Below the pieces are notes generated by a model, which had not been told where the DNA came from, did not search any database, and worked only from the letters and a program-made list of their open reading frames with translations. From positions 150,527 to 214,526 of IMG/VR virus record IMGVR_UViG_3300024308_000188: a stretch of DNA of 64,000 bases; one strand, 5' to 3'. This document shows positions 8,362 through 17,534 of this stretch, in pieces. A program made the translations under genes and the position numbers. The stretch's first letter is position 1. Each line of letters starts with the position of its first letter.

Positions 8362-10344
8362 ATGGCTAAAGCAAAAGCAAAATCTGCAAATACTTATGAT
8401 GAAGATAGTATTCAGGTTCACAAAGGTTTAGCTGGTGTTAGATTAAACGCTGGCATGTACATGGGTGAGCTTGGCGATTCAATGATGTATCGCATGGGCA
8501 AAGAAGCTGTTGAAAACAGCCGCGATGAATACGAAGCTGGACGCAACAACGCAATCTATGTAGCCTTTAATAACAAAACAAGTGAATACGTTTTTGCCGA
8601 CTGCGCTCAAGGTATTCCTGTTGGAATGAAAACAGTTGAAGGTAAAAAAGTAAGCGCATTAACAGTAATTCTTACTGAACTTCATGCTGGCGGAAAATTT
8701 GATGTAAAAGCTTATCAGACTTCAGGTGGTACGCACGGTGTTGGTATTTCTGCGGTCAATGCTTTATCAAAAGAACTTGAGGTCTGGACTTGTCGTGAAG
8801 ATCAGTGGTACTACCAAAGTTTTTCATGCGGAAAAGAAACCAGTCCTGTTAAAAAGGTTCCAGACACTTTCCTCAAGAAAAAGTTTGGTTATCTTTTGCC
8901 GCTCAAGAAAAAGTTTAAGCGACTTGGCACTATCATTCGCTTGGTTCCAGATCAAAGCGTGATAAGCGTTGATGCTAGTCGTACCTCAAAACTTAAAACA
9001 TATACCCAAGCTGTTTTGGAAGAACAAAAGTTTGCTGATTATTTAAAGTTCATGAGTACCATGAATAGCAAGCTTTATATCGGTTTCCTAAACCTTGAAA
9101 CAAACAAAGAACAGGTTTTCTACAATGATAAAGGTTTGGGTGCTGTAGTCAGTTCAATAATTTCTGATCATGATTTAGAGCCTTTGGGTAAGCCATTCGA
9201 GTTCGATGGCTCAAGCCTGAAAGTTGCTATTCAATGGTCTAATCACTATGACAGTGATCTGTTCAGAAGTTATGTAAATAGTAGTCCAACAATAGATCAT
9301 GGTACGCATGTAAATGGTTTCCGTGCGGCCATGTCAAAAGCTTTGAAAAACTATCTGCCCAAAAAAGCAGGTAAGTTTAAGCCAGAAGATCTTTATGTTG
9401 GCGCAGTTGCTATTATCAACTGGAAAATGAACAGCGCTCAATTTAGTGGTCAGGTAAAAGATAAACTGGTATCTAAAATCGATAACGAAGTTTGTGATTT
9501 ACTGACTCAACCATTAACCGATTTTTTTGCAAAGAACAAAACATTAGCCAAGCAGATTATAAAACGCGCAAGTGATGTTGCGGCTTCCCGTGAAGATCTT
9601 GCTAAAACAATGAAAGGCATGAGCGAAGTTAAAAAAGGTGGAAGTAAGCTGCCGATAAAACTTTATGAAGCTCCAGATTGTAAACCGCATGAGCGTGAGC
9701 TGTATTTTGTCGAAGGCGATTCGGCTGGCGGTACTGCCAAAAATGCTCGTGGCTTTAATCAGGAAGTTTTAAAACTTGGCGGTAAAATTCCAAACGCATT
9801 GAATGTTAGTCTAAGTGCCTTACTTTCAAATGACCGCATTCAAGATATGCTGAACAGTTTGGGAGTTGACATAAAAAGTTTGGATGTTAAAGCTGATAAT
9901 CCTACATTCAGTACAAAGAATCTGCGAGTTGCTGTTGCAATGTTGCTTGCTGATGCTGATGCTGATGGATCTCACATTAACGTACTTATCACCGCATTTT
10001 TCTATAAACTTATGCCCGACTTTATTAAAGAAGGTCGTTTGTTTGTTGTTGACGCTCAATTGTACAACGCACTCGTTAATGGTGTGCATTACAGCGGAAA
10101 CACAATGGAAGAGTGTTTAGCTAAGTTACCAAAAAATGCTCCGAAGGGAAGTGTGTTCCGTGCAAAAGGTTGGGGAGAGACAGATGCAGATTTACTTGAA
10201 GCCATAGCATTTGATATTAACAACAGAAAGTTGATTCAAATTGAATATGGCAAAGTTCAAGAAGATCTTGCGTTTTACAGATCAGTTGTAGGTGAAGATG
10301 CCTCTGCCAGACGGCAATTGTTGGGGTTAAGTTCCAACGATTAA
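8362..10344 (+). CDS. gyrB: Type IIA topoisomerase subunit B (GyrB/ParE family)
   Basis: GMYMG, ENSRDE, GIPVG, TELHAGGKF, GGTHGVGISAVNALS, TOPRIM VEGDSAGG, DADADGSHI, KGWGE. Confidence 0.95.
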   Translation: MAKAKAKSANTYDEDSIQVHKGLAGVRLNAGMYMGELGDSMMYRMGKEAVENSRDEYEAGRNNAIYVAFNNKTSEYVFADCAQGIPVGMKTVEGKKVSALTVILTELHAGGKFDVKAYQTSGGTHGVGISAVNALSKELEVWTCREDQWYYQSFSCGKETSPVKKVPDTFLKKKFGYLLPLKKKFKRLGTIIRLVPDQSVISVDASRTSKLKTYTQAVLEEQKFADYLKFMSTMNSKLYIGFLNLETNKEQVFYNDKGLGAVVSSIISDHDLEPLGKPFEFDGSSLKVAIQWSNHYDSDLFRSYVNSSPTIDHGTHVNGFRAAMSKALKNYLPKKAGKFKPEDLYVGAVAIINWKMNSAQFSGQVKDKLVSKIDNEVCDLLTQPLTDFFAKNKTLAKQIIKRASDVAASREDLAKTMKGMSEVKKGGSKLPIKLYEAPDCKPHERELYFVEGDSAGGTAKNARGFNQEVLKLGGKIPNALNVSLSALLSNDRIQDMLNSLGVDIKSLDVKADNPTFSTKNLRVAVAMLLADADADGSHINVLITAFFYKLMPDFIKEGRLFVVDAQLYNALVNGVHYSGNTMEECLAKLPKNAPKGSVFRAKGWGETDADLLEAIAFDINNRKLIQIEYGKVQEDLAFYRSVVGEDASARRQLLGLSSND

Positions 10345-10356
10345 GAGGATCGTGAA

Positions 10357-10746
10357 ATGGGACAACGCTACTATGCTCTAATGGACTTAAGCTTTATTCC
10401 AATAAAGATGAATCCAGATCACATGCGAAATAATAGTTTGACTGTGTTTTGGGTTCGACTTTCATTTATCAACACAAAGATTAAACGGGCCGCTTTGATT
10501 GTACTTAGTAATGATGGTACAATCGTAAAAAGTGTTTGGCCCACAAAATCGAAAACAATATCTTCAGTTATATTGAATGTGTTTGAGAGAACTTCTCTTG
10601 ATGGTGACGATTGGAATTGGGACGAGCTTTTAAAAATAAGTCTGGCGCGAAAGCGTATGATTCAGTATTATGGATCAAGAGAGTCTTATCGCAGACGTAT
10701 TGCTTTGCTTCCAGTTACGCAAAATAGTTTGCATAATATTTGTTGA
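10357..10746 (+). CDS. Hypothetical protein between topoisomerase subunit genes
   Basis: GAGGA SD; 129 aa. Confidence 0.7.
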   Translation: MGQRYYALMDLSFIPIKMNPDHMRNNSLTVFWVRLSFINTKIKRAALIVLSNDGTIVKSVWPTKSKTISSVILNVFERTSLDGDDWNWDELLKISLARKRMIQYYGSRESYRRRIALLPVTQNSLHNIC

Positions 10747-10755
10747 GGAAATTGC

Positions 10756-11181
10756 ATGATTAAAAAACAAATTGTATTCATGTATATGGCTCAAGGTGTA
10801 GTCGAAGAAAGTTGTCGATGGATAAAAGCTGAACTTGAAGTCAACGACAATCCTAAAAAATTGTTGGAAACTCGATTGCAGTGTATGGCCTTAGCTATTG
10901 TGGATGCGAACGGATTTTTCATAAAACGCCCTCCACAAAATATTATTGGTAGCGTTTCCCGTGTTTACACTACAGGTCTTTATTGGTTGGGTAAGAATAG
11001 TAAATTCCTGACAGACACGTTGCTTAATGAATTGAGTGAAAAGAAAACTCTTTCAACATTAGGACTGGACTCTGTGAGAGCATATGTTTCTTATTTGAGT
11101 TCAAATAATCCGTATGATCAAGTTCAATTCACTTCATTCCTGAAAGAAGTGTTACCTAAAGGAACACCATCTTTAGTATGA
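10756..11181 (+). CDS. Hypothetical protein between topoisomerase subunit genes
   Basis: GAGGA SD; 141 aa. Confidence 0.7.
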   Translation: MIKKQIVFMYMAQGVVEESCRWIKAELEVNDNPKKLLETRLQCMALAIVDANGFFIKRPPQNIIGSVSRVYTTGLYWLGKNSKFLTDTLLNELSEKKTLSTLGLDSVRAYVSYLSSNNPYDQVQFTSFLKEVLPKGTPSLV

Positions 11182-11279
11182 ACTGATCCAAGTGTGTCAA
11201 AAATCAGGGGTTTATTTCAATACCTTATTTTGGTATAATCCGGCCTGTTCGCTTACACAAAAAGTTGGTAAACTAAACA

Positions 11280-12923
11280 ATGAAATCAAAAAAGCCGCCA
11301 GCAAAAACAAAGAAAGTTTCTAAGACTGAGTTGGGAGATATTAAACAACATAAAAAGTCGAAGAAAAATTTACCCGCAGTTGTTGAACCTAATCAATTCA
11401 AACTGCCTTCCACTGTACTGATGAAAACTATTGTCAAAGAAGATTTGGCAAACTTTGCAAAAAGAAATTTAACTCATTACGGTGAATACGTTGTACAAGA
11501 TCGTGCTGTTCCAGAATTCCGTGATGGATTAAAGCCAGTTCACCGCCACATTATTTATGCAATGTCTCAGCTGAATTTATTCGGTTCTGACTTTAAAAAG
11601 TGTGCGCGTATTGTTGGTGATACAATTGGTAAGTATCATCCTCACGGTGACTCTGCAACGTATGGTGCATTAGTTACGTTAGCCAATACAATTCCAAAAC
11701 TTATTCAAGGTCGAGGAAATTTTGGCAGTCCACTCGATATGGCGGCAGCTCAGCGTTATACTGAAGCGCGTTTGAGTGATTACAGCAAACTTTTTCTTTT
11801 GGATAAAGGTTATCTTGAAGTTGTTCCGCGTATAAACAACTTTGATGACAGCGAAAAAATTCCGTTGTATTTGCCTTCGCTTCTTCCAACAATGCTGTTG
11901 ATTGGAAATGCTGGTGGTATTGCCTACGGTGTTCGTGCTTGTAATCCTGCTTTTGAAATTGAAGGCGTTACAAAACTTATTCAAATTGTATTGGAAAAAG
12001 GCGATTTGAAATCTTCTGATTGTGTAAAGCATTTAAAAATTCAAGCTCCTTTTGGATCTGATTGCGTTAGCACACCAGAAGAACTTGCAAGCTTTATTGA
12101 AACAGGTAGAGCAAAGGCAATAAAATATTGTCCGAAAGTTCAAGTTGATTACAAAAATAAAATCGTTGAAATTGTTTCTTATTCTCCCGGTTTCGCATCT
12201 GAAGATGGCGTTGCTAAAAAACGTGATAAGATTTTAGAATTACCCGAAGTTAGTCGTTGGGTAAGTGACTGTGGTGATAAACGTCCGAACGCTGGCCCTT
12301 ATGGTGCATATTATTATGTTGTACCAAAACGTGGAATGTCAGATGACGGCCTTTTTGATTTAGCTGAAAAAATTCGTAAGATGTTGACTGGCAGTGAGTT
12401 CTATAACTTAGGACTTACAATAAACAACGTCGATGGAACTGCTAAATTCCTTTACTGTAACTTTGCGACCTATATTAAAAACTGGGTTCGCTATCGTGTG
12501 GAATTGGAAAAGCGTTATCTGGAAAACATTATTGCAAAACGCGAACGCGATTTGTGGGAATACAACGTATTGTCCTACGCTGTTATCAACAAGAATAAAA
12601 TCTTGGAAGTAATGAAAAAAGCTTTGGACAAAGATGATCCAGATACTTACACTGCAAAAACATTGAAGATTCCTCAAGATGAAGCTACTTTCATTTTGGA
12701 ATTGAAAATGCGTAGGCTGGCAAAACTTGAACTGAAAGCGCTACAGGACAAGATTAAAATTGCTACTGCCGACATTAAAGGATGGAAACGCGATCACAAA
12801 GATCCTAATCCTCGTATCGCTTCTTCCTTGACCGAATCTGTAAATAAGTATGTACGGATGGTAAATGCTTCAATCGCAGACACTAAAAAGTCTGAGAAGA
12901 AGCGCAAGAAAAAAGCAGACTGA
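11280..12923 (+). CDS. gyrA: Type IIA topoisomerase subunit A (GyrA/ParC breakage-reunion core, no C-terminal beta-pinwheel)
   Basis: [33 protein letters not shown], catalytic [11 protein letters not shown]; ends at 547 aa. Confidence 0.93.
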   Translation: MKSKKPPAKTKKVSKTELGDIKQHKKSKKNLPAVVEPNQFKLPSTVLMKTIVKEDLANFAKRNLTHYGEYVVQDRAVPEFRDGLKPVHRHIIYAMSQLNLFGSDFKKCARIVGDTIGKYHPHGDSATYGALVTLANTIPKLIQGRGNFGSPLDMAAAQRYTEARLSDYSKLFLLDKGYLEVVPRINNFDDSEKIPLYLPSLLPTMLLIGNAGGIAYGVRACNPAFEIEGVTKLIQIVLEKGDLKSSDCVKHLKIQAPFGSDCVSTPEELASFIETGRAKAIKYCPKVQVDYKNKIVEIVSYSPGFASEDGVAKKRDKILELPEVSRWVSDCGDKRPNAGPYGAYYYVVPKRGMSDDGLFDLAEKIRKMLTGSEFYNLGLTINNVDGTAKFLYCNFATYIKNWVRYRVELEKRYLENIIAKRERDLWEYNVLSYAVINKNKILEVMKKALDKDDPDTYTAKTLKIPQDEATFILELKMRRLAKLELKALQDKIKIATADIKGWKRDHKDPNPRIASSLTESVNKYVRMVNASIADTKKSEKKRKKKAD

Positions 12924-12945
12924 CGCTGCTTTAGGATAAAGGCAA

Positions 12946-12968
12946 GAGGATTATAATTTATAATCCTC
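12946..12968. promoter_or_regulatory. 23-bp palindrome GAGGATTATAA-T-TTATAATCCTC containing two TATAAT boxes
   Basis: 11-bp arms, 1-nt centre, in the gap after gyrA. Confidence 0.55.
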
Positions 12969-13024
12969 AACACCTTTCGGGCCTAGCCCATTATAACAAA
13001 CAGAAAATTAGGGAAATTAACACA

Positions 13025-14410
13025 ATGTCAGAAGTCCTTTACGCGACGGTACTTCAATCATTGATGTCGAGCATTAGCTCAACAGACAATTTGATTAAAA
13101 AGGCTGCAACACCTAAAAAGTTTGCTAAAGCTAGTGAAACACTGGCTGACCTATCATCTACTATAGATGCTTTAGCTGACTTCGATTCTAGCTCAAAGCG
13201 GGATCGTAAATTTACCGCACAGCGAAAACCTGCTCGGTATTTAGCTAACACTATACGTTCTTTAAAGGATGCGTTGGAAAATCGTGAGATTAATCTCACT
13301 AGATTTTGTGAATTGATCAGAACAGAAATGTCTGACAGATTGCAAGATCTAAAAGATTCTTCGCAGACCCATATAAAAAGGATCGAGCAAAATCCAGATC
13401 TTTTAATGGAAGTAAGTGACGACGAAGTTGGCCATGCCATTTTTGTTGAATCCTACAAAAAAGTTTCTGGTGCTTCAAAATCCAAGGCAGAACCTGTCGA
13501 GGAGTACGAAGAGATTGCCGATTTTTCTCAAGCTCAATATGAATTTGTGACAAACAGATTGGCTGTTCATAGTCAAGCTGTACACAAAGCATTAGTCAGC
13601 AAAATAAAATCTGATAAATTAAATTTCTCCAGAAGTGCTGTAATACCAACGCAGTGCCCTGTTACAGTTAACTTTGAAAATGTTGCTTTACGCAGCACAA
13701 AACTTTTACGTCACATATTTACTGGTGTCGATGCGCTTGGCTTTGCTGGCCCTGATAGCAGTGATGTTGCTTTAATTTTACCTAATCAAATTCTTTTGCA
13801 GTTTAGCAAAAGTCAAAGCGAATTGTTGATTGCTACAAAACACGACGATTCAAAGTTTGCCGATGCCGTAACAAAAAACAAGTCTGCAATGAAAGCGGAA
13901 AAAAGTTTGTTACGTAAACTTCTGACCGAACGTGAAAAACTAAATAACAGAAAAGAAGGGGCAAAGCGTACTGGAACTCTGGACTCTGAATTACGTAAAA
14001 AACTTGAAGCCGAACTGAAATCGGTTCAAGTTAAAATAGATACTTCTGAAAAGATGATCTCTATTTTGAAACGTCATGGAGTAGAAGCTAAAAGTATCTA
14101 TGATTCCAAGGCTCGATTCCTTGACAAGAAAACCTCAAATGTTTATTTTGAGCGCGTTAATCAATTTCTTGATGACGCTAGATCTCGCGGCCATGAATAT
14201 AGTTTAATGTCAAATGATTTTGCTACCAGTCCTACTAATAGCGATATTTCCTTGGCATGGATCGTACCAACAGCCGTCTATAAAAAGTTGTATGCTCAAA
14301 CAAAAGGCAATATCAAAGTTTTGTCATGGGGACTTCCACTTTCAAATAAAAGTTTAGGAGTTTCAAATGGAAAACAAACTGCCAGTGGTAAAAAGAGCCG
14401 ACGGCTGTGA
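13025..14410 (+). CDS. Hypothetical protein with a coiled-coil segment
   Basis: 461-aa ORF; heptad-rich EKSLLRKLLTEREKL...KKLEAELKSVQ. Confidence 0.8.
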   Translation: MSEVLYATVLQSLMSSISSTDNLIKKAATPKKFAKASETLADLSSTIDALADFDSSSKRDRKFTAQRKPARYLANTIRSLKDALENREINLTRFCELIRTEMSDRLQDLKDSSQTHIKRIEQNPDLLMEVSDDEVGHAIFVESYKKVSGASKSKAEPVEEYEEIADFSQAQYEFVTNRLAVHSQAVHKALVSKIKSDKLNFSRSAVIPTQCPVTVNFENVALRSTKLLRHIFTGVDALGFAGPDSSDVALILPNQILLQFSKSQSELLIATKHDDSKFADAVTKNKSAMKAEKSLLRKLLTEREKLNNRKEGAKRTGTLDSELRKKLEAELKSVQVKIDTSEKMISILKRHGVEAKSIYDSKARFLDKKTSNVYFERVNQFLDDARSRGHEYSLMSNDFATSPTNSDISLAWIVPTAVYKKLYAQTKGNIKVLSWGLPLSNKSLGVSNGKQTASGKKSRRL

Positions 14411-14918
14411 GTTATGTTGTATTTGTATGAATTGGTTTGCCAATATACATTGGCACCACACTATTCCAAGATCGTTAGGTGGTAGTGATAGTTTGCAAAT
14501 TCCTATCGATGGAGCTTGCCATACAACACTTCATGCTCATGCAGATGCTATAGTTGCACGTATTGGTGCTAAAAACCCAAAACCCTTAAGGAAATTTTGG
14601 GCTGACCCTGAGACAGAACTTAGAGCTAAAACTTGGTTAGAAATTTTGGTCAAGGCATTATTGAGTCCTCCAGTTTCTTCCAATGCTAAAATGACTTTAC
14701 TTCCTATGGTACATGCCGATCCAGCAACTCGGCAAGGATTAGAGTTACTCAAAAAAGATCTTCCGGGGATAACCAATATGGAGCAGACGATCTTATATTG
14801 TATCAATCACACGTTGAGATCCAAAGGATTAAAAAATGACAACAAAAAGACAGACATCAGTAAACAAAGCGCAGATAAAGATAAAAGTCATAACAGAAGA
14901 AAAACTAACTTGTGGTGA
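14367..14918 (+). CDS. HNH-like protein (degenerate motif)
   Basis: CELCCIC..WHHTIPRSLGGSDS..GACHTTLH matches the HHxxPxxxGG...CHxxxH pattern. Confidence 0.65.
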   Translation: MENKLPVVKRADGCELCCICMNWFANIHWHHTIPRSLGGSDSLQIPIDGACHTTLHAHADAIVARIGAKNPKPLRKFWADPETELRAKTWLEILVKALLSPPVSSNAKMTLLPMVHADPATRQGLELLKKDLPGITNMEQTILYCINHTLRSKGLKNDNKKTDISKQSADKDKSHNRRKTNLW

Positions 14919-15921
14919 GTGCATTGGACTCACACGAGAACGGTTGATTGCTGGTGACGATACGCCTTGCATTAAACAAGGTCGCTTTGAATACTCTTCG
15001 AGCTGTGAAAATTTTAAACCCAACAGTGTGGCTCTGGCCGAGAGCATCGAGAAAAATGGCAGTTCACTTTATGAGCTTGCCGATATTATGCGTGAATTTG
15101 ATAATGGACAGCTAAGACTTTTTGGTGCAGCTATTTTAAACGAACATATTACTCGCAAACAAGGATATACATTCTTACAAAAAGTTTATGTTCGTTTCCG
15201 TGGAACTTTGGCTTCGGATTATTTATCAAATTTCATGACAGCACGTATTCTTTCAGCTGATAAAGATTATGTGCGTGTGTGCAGTGATGATGGAAAGATT
15301 GTACTGACTTTCCAAAATCTAGGAAAAGAGAAGAATATATTTACGGTTTCTCAGTTTTCTATTTTCCGCCGTCAGATGGAATTCAAAGGTCGAGTTGTAG
15401 ATCCTAAGTTGGACAGACCGACCGCTAAAAATGTAAAAGCTCTTGAACTTCCATTTGAATTAAAATTGAATACCAATGGAGTCATGGGTTACATTGATGA
15501 CATAGGATCTTTGGCTAAACGCAACAAAATTAAACGTGAAAGCTCTGATCAGCAAGTTTACAGCCTTGTTGATATTGCTCGTGATATTGACCGTGGTTAT
15601 GCAAAAGCTCATAAAGAAACGGATGAAGATCATTACGAACTGGATGAACTTGACTACAAGCGTGAAACCACGATTGAAGATATTCAGGAAATGGAAGAAG
15701 CGCAACTTCTGAAGTTTGCCAAAAAGAACAAAATTCGTATACCTCGTGATATTAAAGAAAGCGATGACGTCGATGACTTAAGACAACATTTGTCAACAGC
15801 TTATCTTGAAAAATTGGAACTGGAATTGGCAGAGGCTCAGGCCGAAACGAAAAACTCTGGTAAGAAACGAAGTCTTAAAGGCGGTAAGATCAAAACTGAA
15901 CTTGGCGATATGGCAGACTAA
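14836..15921 (+). CDS. Hypothetical protein with N-terminal Cys motif and a C-terminal HeH-like module
   Basis: LTCGEC..PC..SC; IQEMEEAQLLKFAKKNKIRIPRDIKESDDVDDLRQHL matches the repeats of 6196-6921. Confidence 0.75.
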   Translation: MTTKRQTSVNKAQIKIKVITEEKLTCGECIGLTRERLIAGDDTPCIKQGRFEYSSSCENFKPNSVALAESIEKNGSSLYELADIMREFDNGQLRLFGAAILNEHITRKQGYTFLQKVYVRFRGTLASDYLSNFMTARILSADKDYVRVCSDDGKIVLTFQNLGKEKNIFTVSQFSIFRRQMEFKGRVVDPKLDRPTAKNVKALELPFELKLNTNGVMGYIDDIGSLAKRNKIKRESSDQQVYSLVDIARDIDRGYAKAHKETDEDHYELDELDYKRETTIEDIQEMEEAQLLKFAKKNKIRIPRDIKESDDVDDLRQHLSTAYLEKLELELAEAQAETKNSGKKRSLKGGKIKTELGDMAD

Positions 15922-15944
15922 CCTTCTTATTCAGGGATTTAAAA

Positions 15945-17075
15945 ATGCAAATAGAGTCCAGATCTATAGTAAGCGTTTTTCAAAAAGTTTTGGGTGTTGA
16001 ATATGATACTCAGCAATGCAAAGATTTGTTTAATTATGTTGTTGAACACTTTTGTATGCAAACAAACATCGCGGATTTCCATAAAAAGATTTCCTCTGTT
16101 GTAAATTTTAATGATACGGAACTTTCTGCCAGCCAGTTTAGATTACTGCTTTCTGAAACAGGTTATGTTGTTTTGAATTTGCGTTACTATGCAACATTCT
16201 TGTCTGGTTATCGTGGTTTGAACAGTATGGTGGCCGAAGAAAACTATGCGCGATTTGATTTATGCCGTTGTGATGCTGTGCGAGTATTTCACGCAGTTAA
16301 AATACACAGAACGGCAATAAACAAATTTTTGGTTAAACGTAAGCAAACAAGCAAACTTTTTTGCCCAAGTGAATTTGAGCAGGTTCGTAATGGCTTTGCT
16401 CAGTATGCCGAGCCGATTCAACGCTTTATACGTTATAAGACTAAAAGCAAACTGAAATTTGTTTATCAGTCTAACAATATTGATAAGAAGGATTTTCACT
16501 CTGAACTTACTATAGCTGCTTTAAGAGCATACTATAAAAGACAGCCGTGCAATTTAAGTTATGACCACATGCTGAATTATTTAAGAGCCAGTGTTCGTAA
16601 TACAACTTGCAATCTTATCGATAAGTACACAACTGAAAAACGTCAAACACTTATTGGTGATGGTGAAGGAGCAGATCGTCGTTATCGGTTGAACGTAGAA
16701 GCTATGAGTCAAATAACTCCACGTTACAATGGTGACGGTGAAGAAATTTCAATCGAAGATCGTTTCGATGAATCTGCTCACACTAAATCTGGAAGTGATT
16801 TTGATTTCAGCGTAGATCGTATGCTTGATCGTTTACGCAACACCAAAAAAGGATTCATCCTTGCTGTTTATGTTGGACGGGAAGTAGCCAAGTTTACACA
16901 GTGGCTCCGTGAGAAAAGATACATTCGTACAGAAGATAAAAGTTGTCAAGATTTTTTAGCTGAGCGCGGTTTTGATGAAACTGCAAGTGTTGTAGCTAAA
17001 TTTATGGGATCTGATGTCGATTACGTTCATAAAAAACTACGGGAAGTTGCGTTAGAACTTGGCGTCATGAATTAG
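15945..17075 (+). CDS. Phage-encoded sigma70-family RNA polymerase sigma factor (divergent)
   Basis: Region-2-like IDKKDFHSELTIAALRAYYK...LNYLRASVRNTTCNLIDKY; region-4-like HTH TASVVAKFMGSDVDYVHKKLREVALEL. Confidence 0.65.
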   Translation: MQIESRSIVSVFQKVLGVEYDTQQCKDLFNYVVEHFCMQTNIADFHKKISSVVNFNDTELSASQFRLLLSETGYVVLNLRYYATFLSGYRGLNSMVAEENYARFDLCRCDAVRVFHAVKIHRTAINKFLVKRKQTSKLFCPSEFEQVRNGFAQYAEPIQRFIRYKTKSKLKFVYQSNNIDKKDFHSELTIAALRAYYKRQPCNLSYDHMLNYLRASVRNTTCNLIDKYTTEKRQTLIGDGEGADRRYRLNVEAMSQITPRYNGDGEEISIEDRFDESAHTKSGSDFDFSVDRMLDRLRNTKKGFILAVYVGREVAKFTQWLREKRYIRTEDKSCQDFLAERGFDETASVVAKFMGSDVDYVHKKLREVALELGVMN

Positions 17076-17084
17076 GTAAGTAAA

Positions 17085-17531
17085 ATGACAACTACATCAA
17101 ATTTGTTATTAAAAAGTAGTAAAGTGGACGGTGACTTATTGATAAAAAGGTCACTATTGTTTGGGTTGGTTTCTGAGGGCTTGTTCGAGGAAAAGAACAA
17201 TCTGCTTTATGTTGTACTCAAAACGCTTAAGCGCTATCCGAGTATATCTAATAGCATGTTGTCCTACAATCTGTCTAAGCGTTTTCCATTTTCAGAAAAA
17301 GTTATTATGCAAATGGTAGATGCTTTAACAACGGATGCAGCTGGCACACCTCCTTTAGTGTGGAGTCGCAAGAATACTCAGGATGCTAAACGCCCTGAAA
17401 AAGTTTTTTACTCTATCCAAAATGCAGAACTTGCTGACCAGTGGTTATCTGCTTTAGAGTTGGAAAATTCGGCTTTGAAATTGGTTAACGTAGTAATCGG
17501 TGCGCTTGAACAAAAAAGCAAAGGGAGTTAA
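17085..17531 (+). CDS. Hypothetical protein (possible winged helix)
   Basis: 148-aa ORF between sigma and helicase. Confidence 0.7.
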   Translation: MTTTSNLLLKSSKVDGDLLIKRSLLFGLVSEGLFEEKNNLLYVVLKTLKRYPSISNSMLSYNLSKRFPFSEKVIMQMVDALTTDAAGTPPLVWSRKNTQDAKRPEKVFYSIQNAELADQWLSALELENSALKLVNVVIGALEQKSKGS

Positions 17532-17534
17532 CCA

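Noticed and set aside
8362-12923. Bacterial chromosomal gyrase locus
   Set aside because: No dnaA/dnaN/recF context; flanked by terminase, portal and fibre genes; A subunit lacks the CTD.
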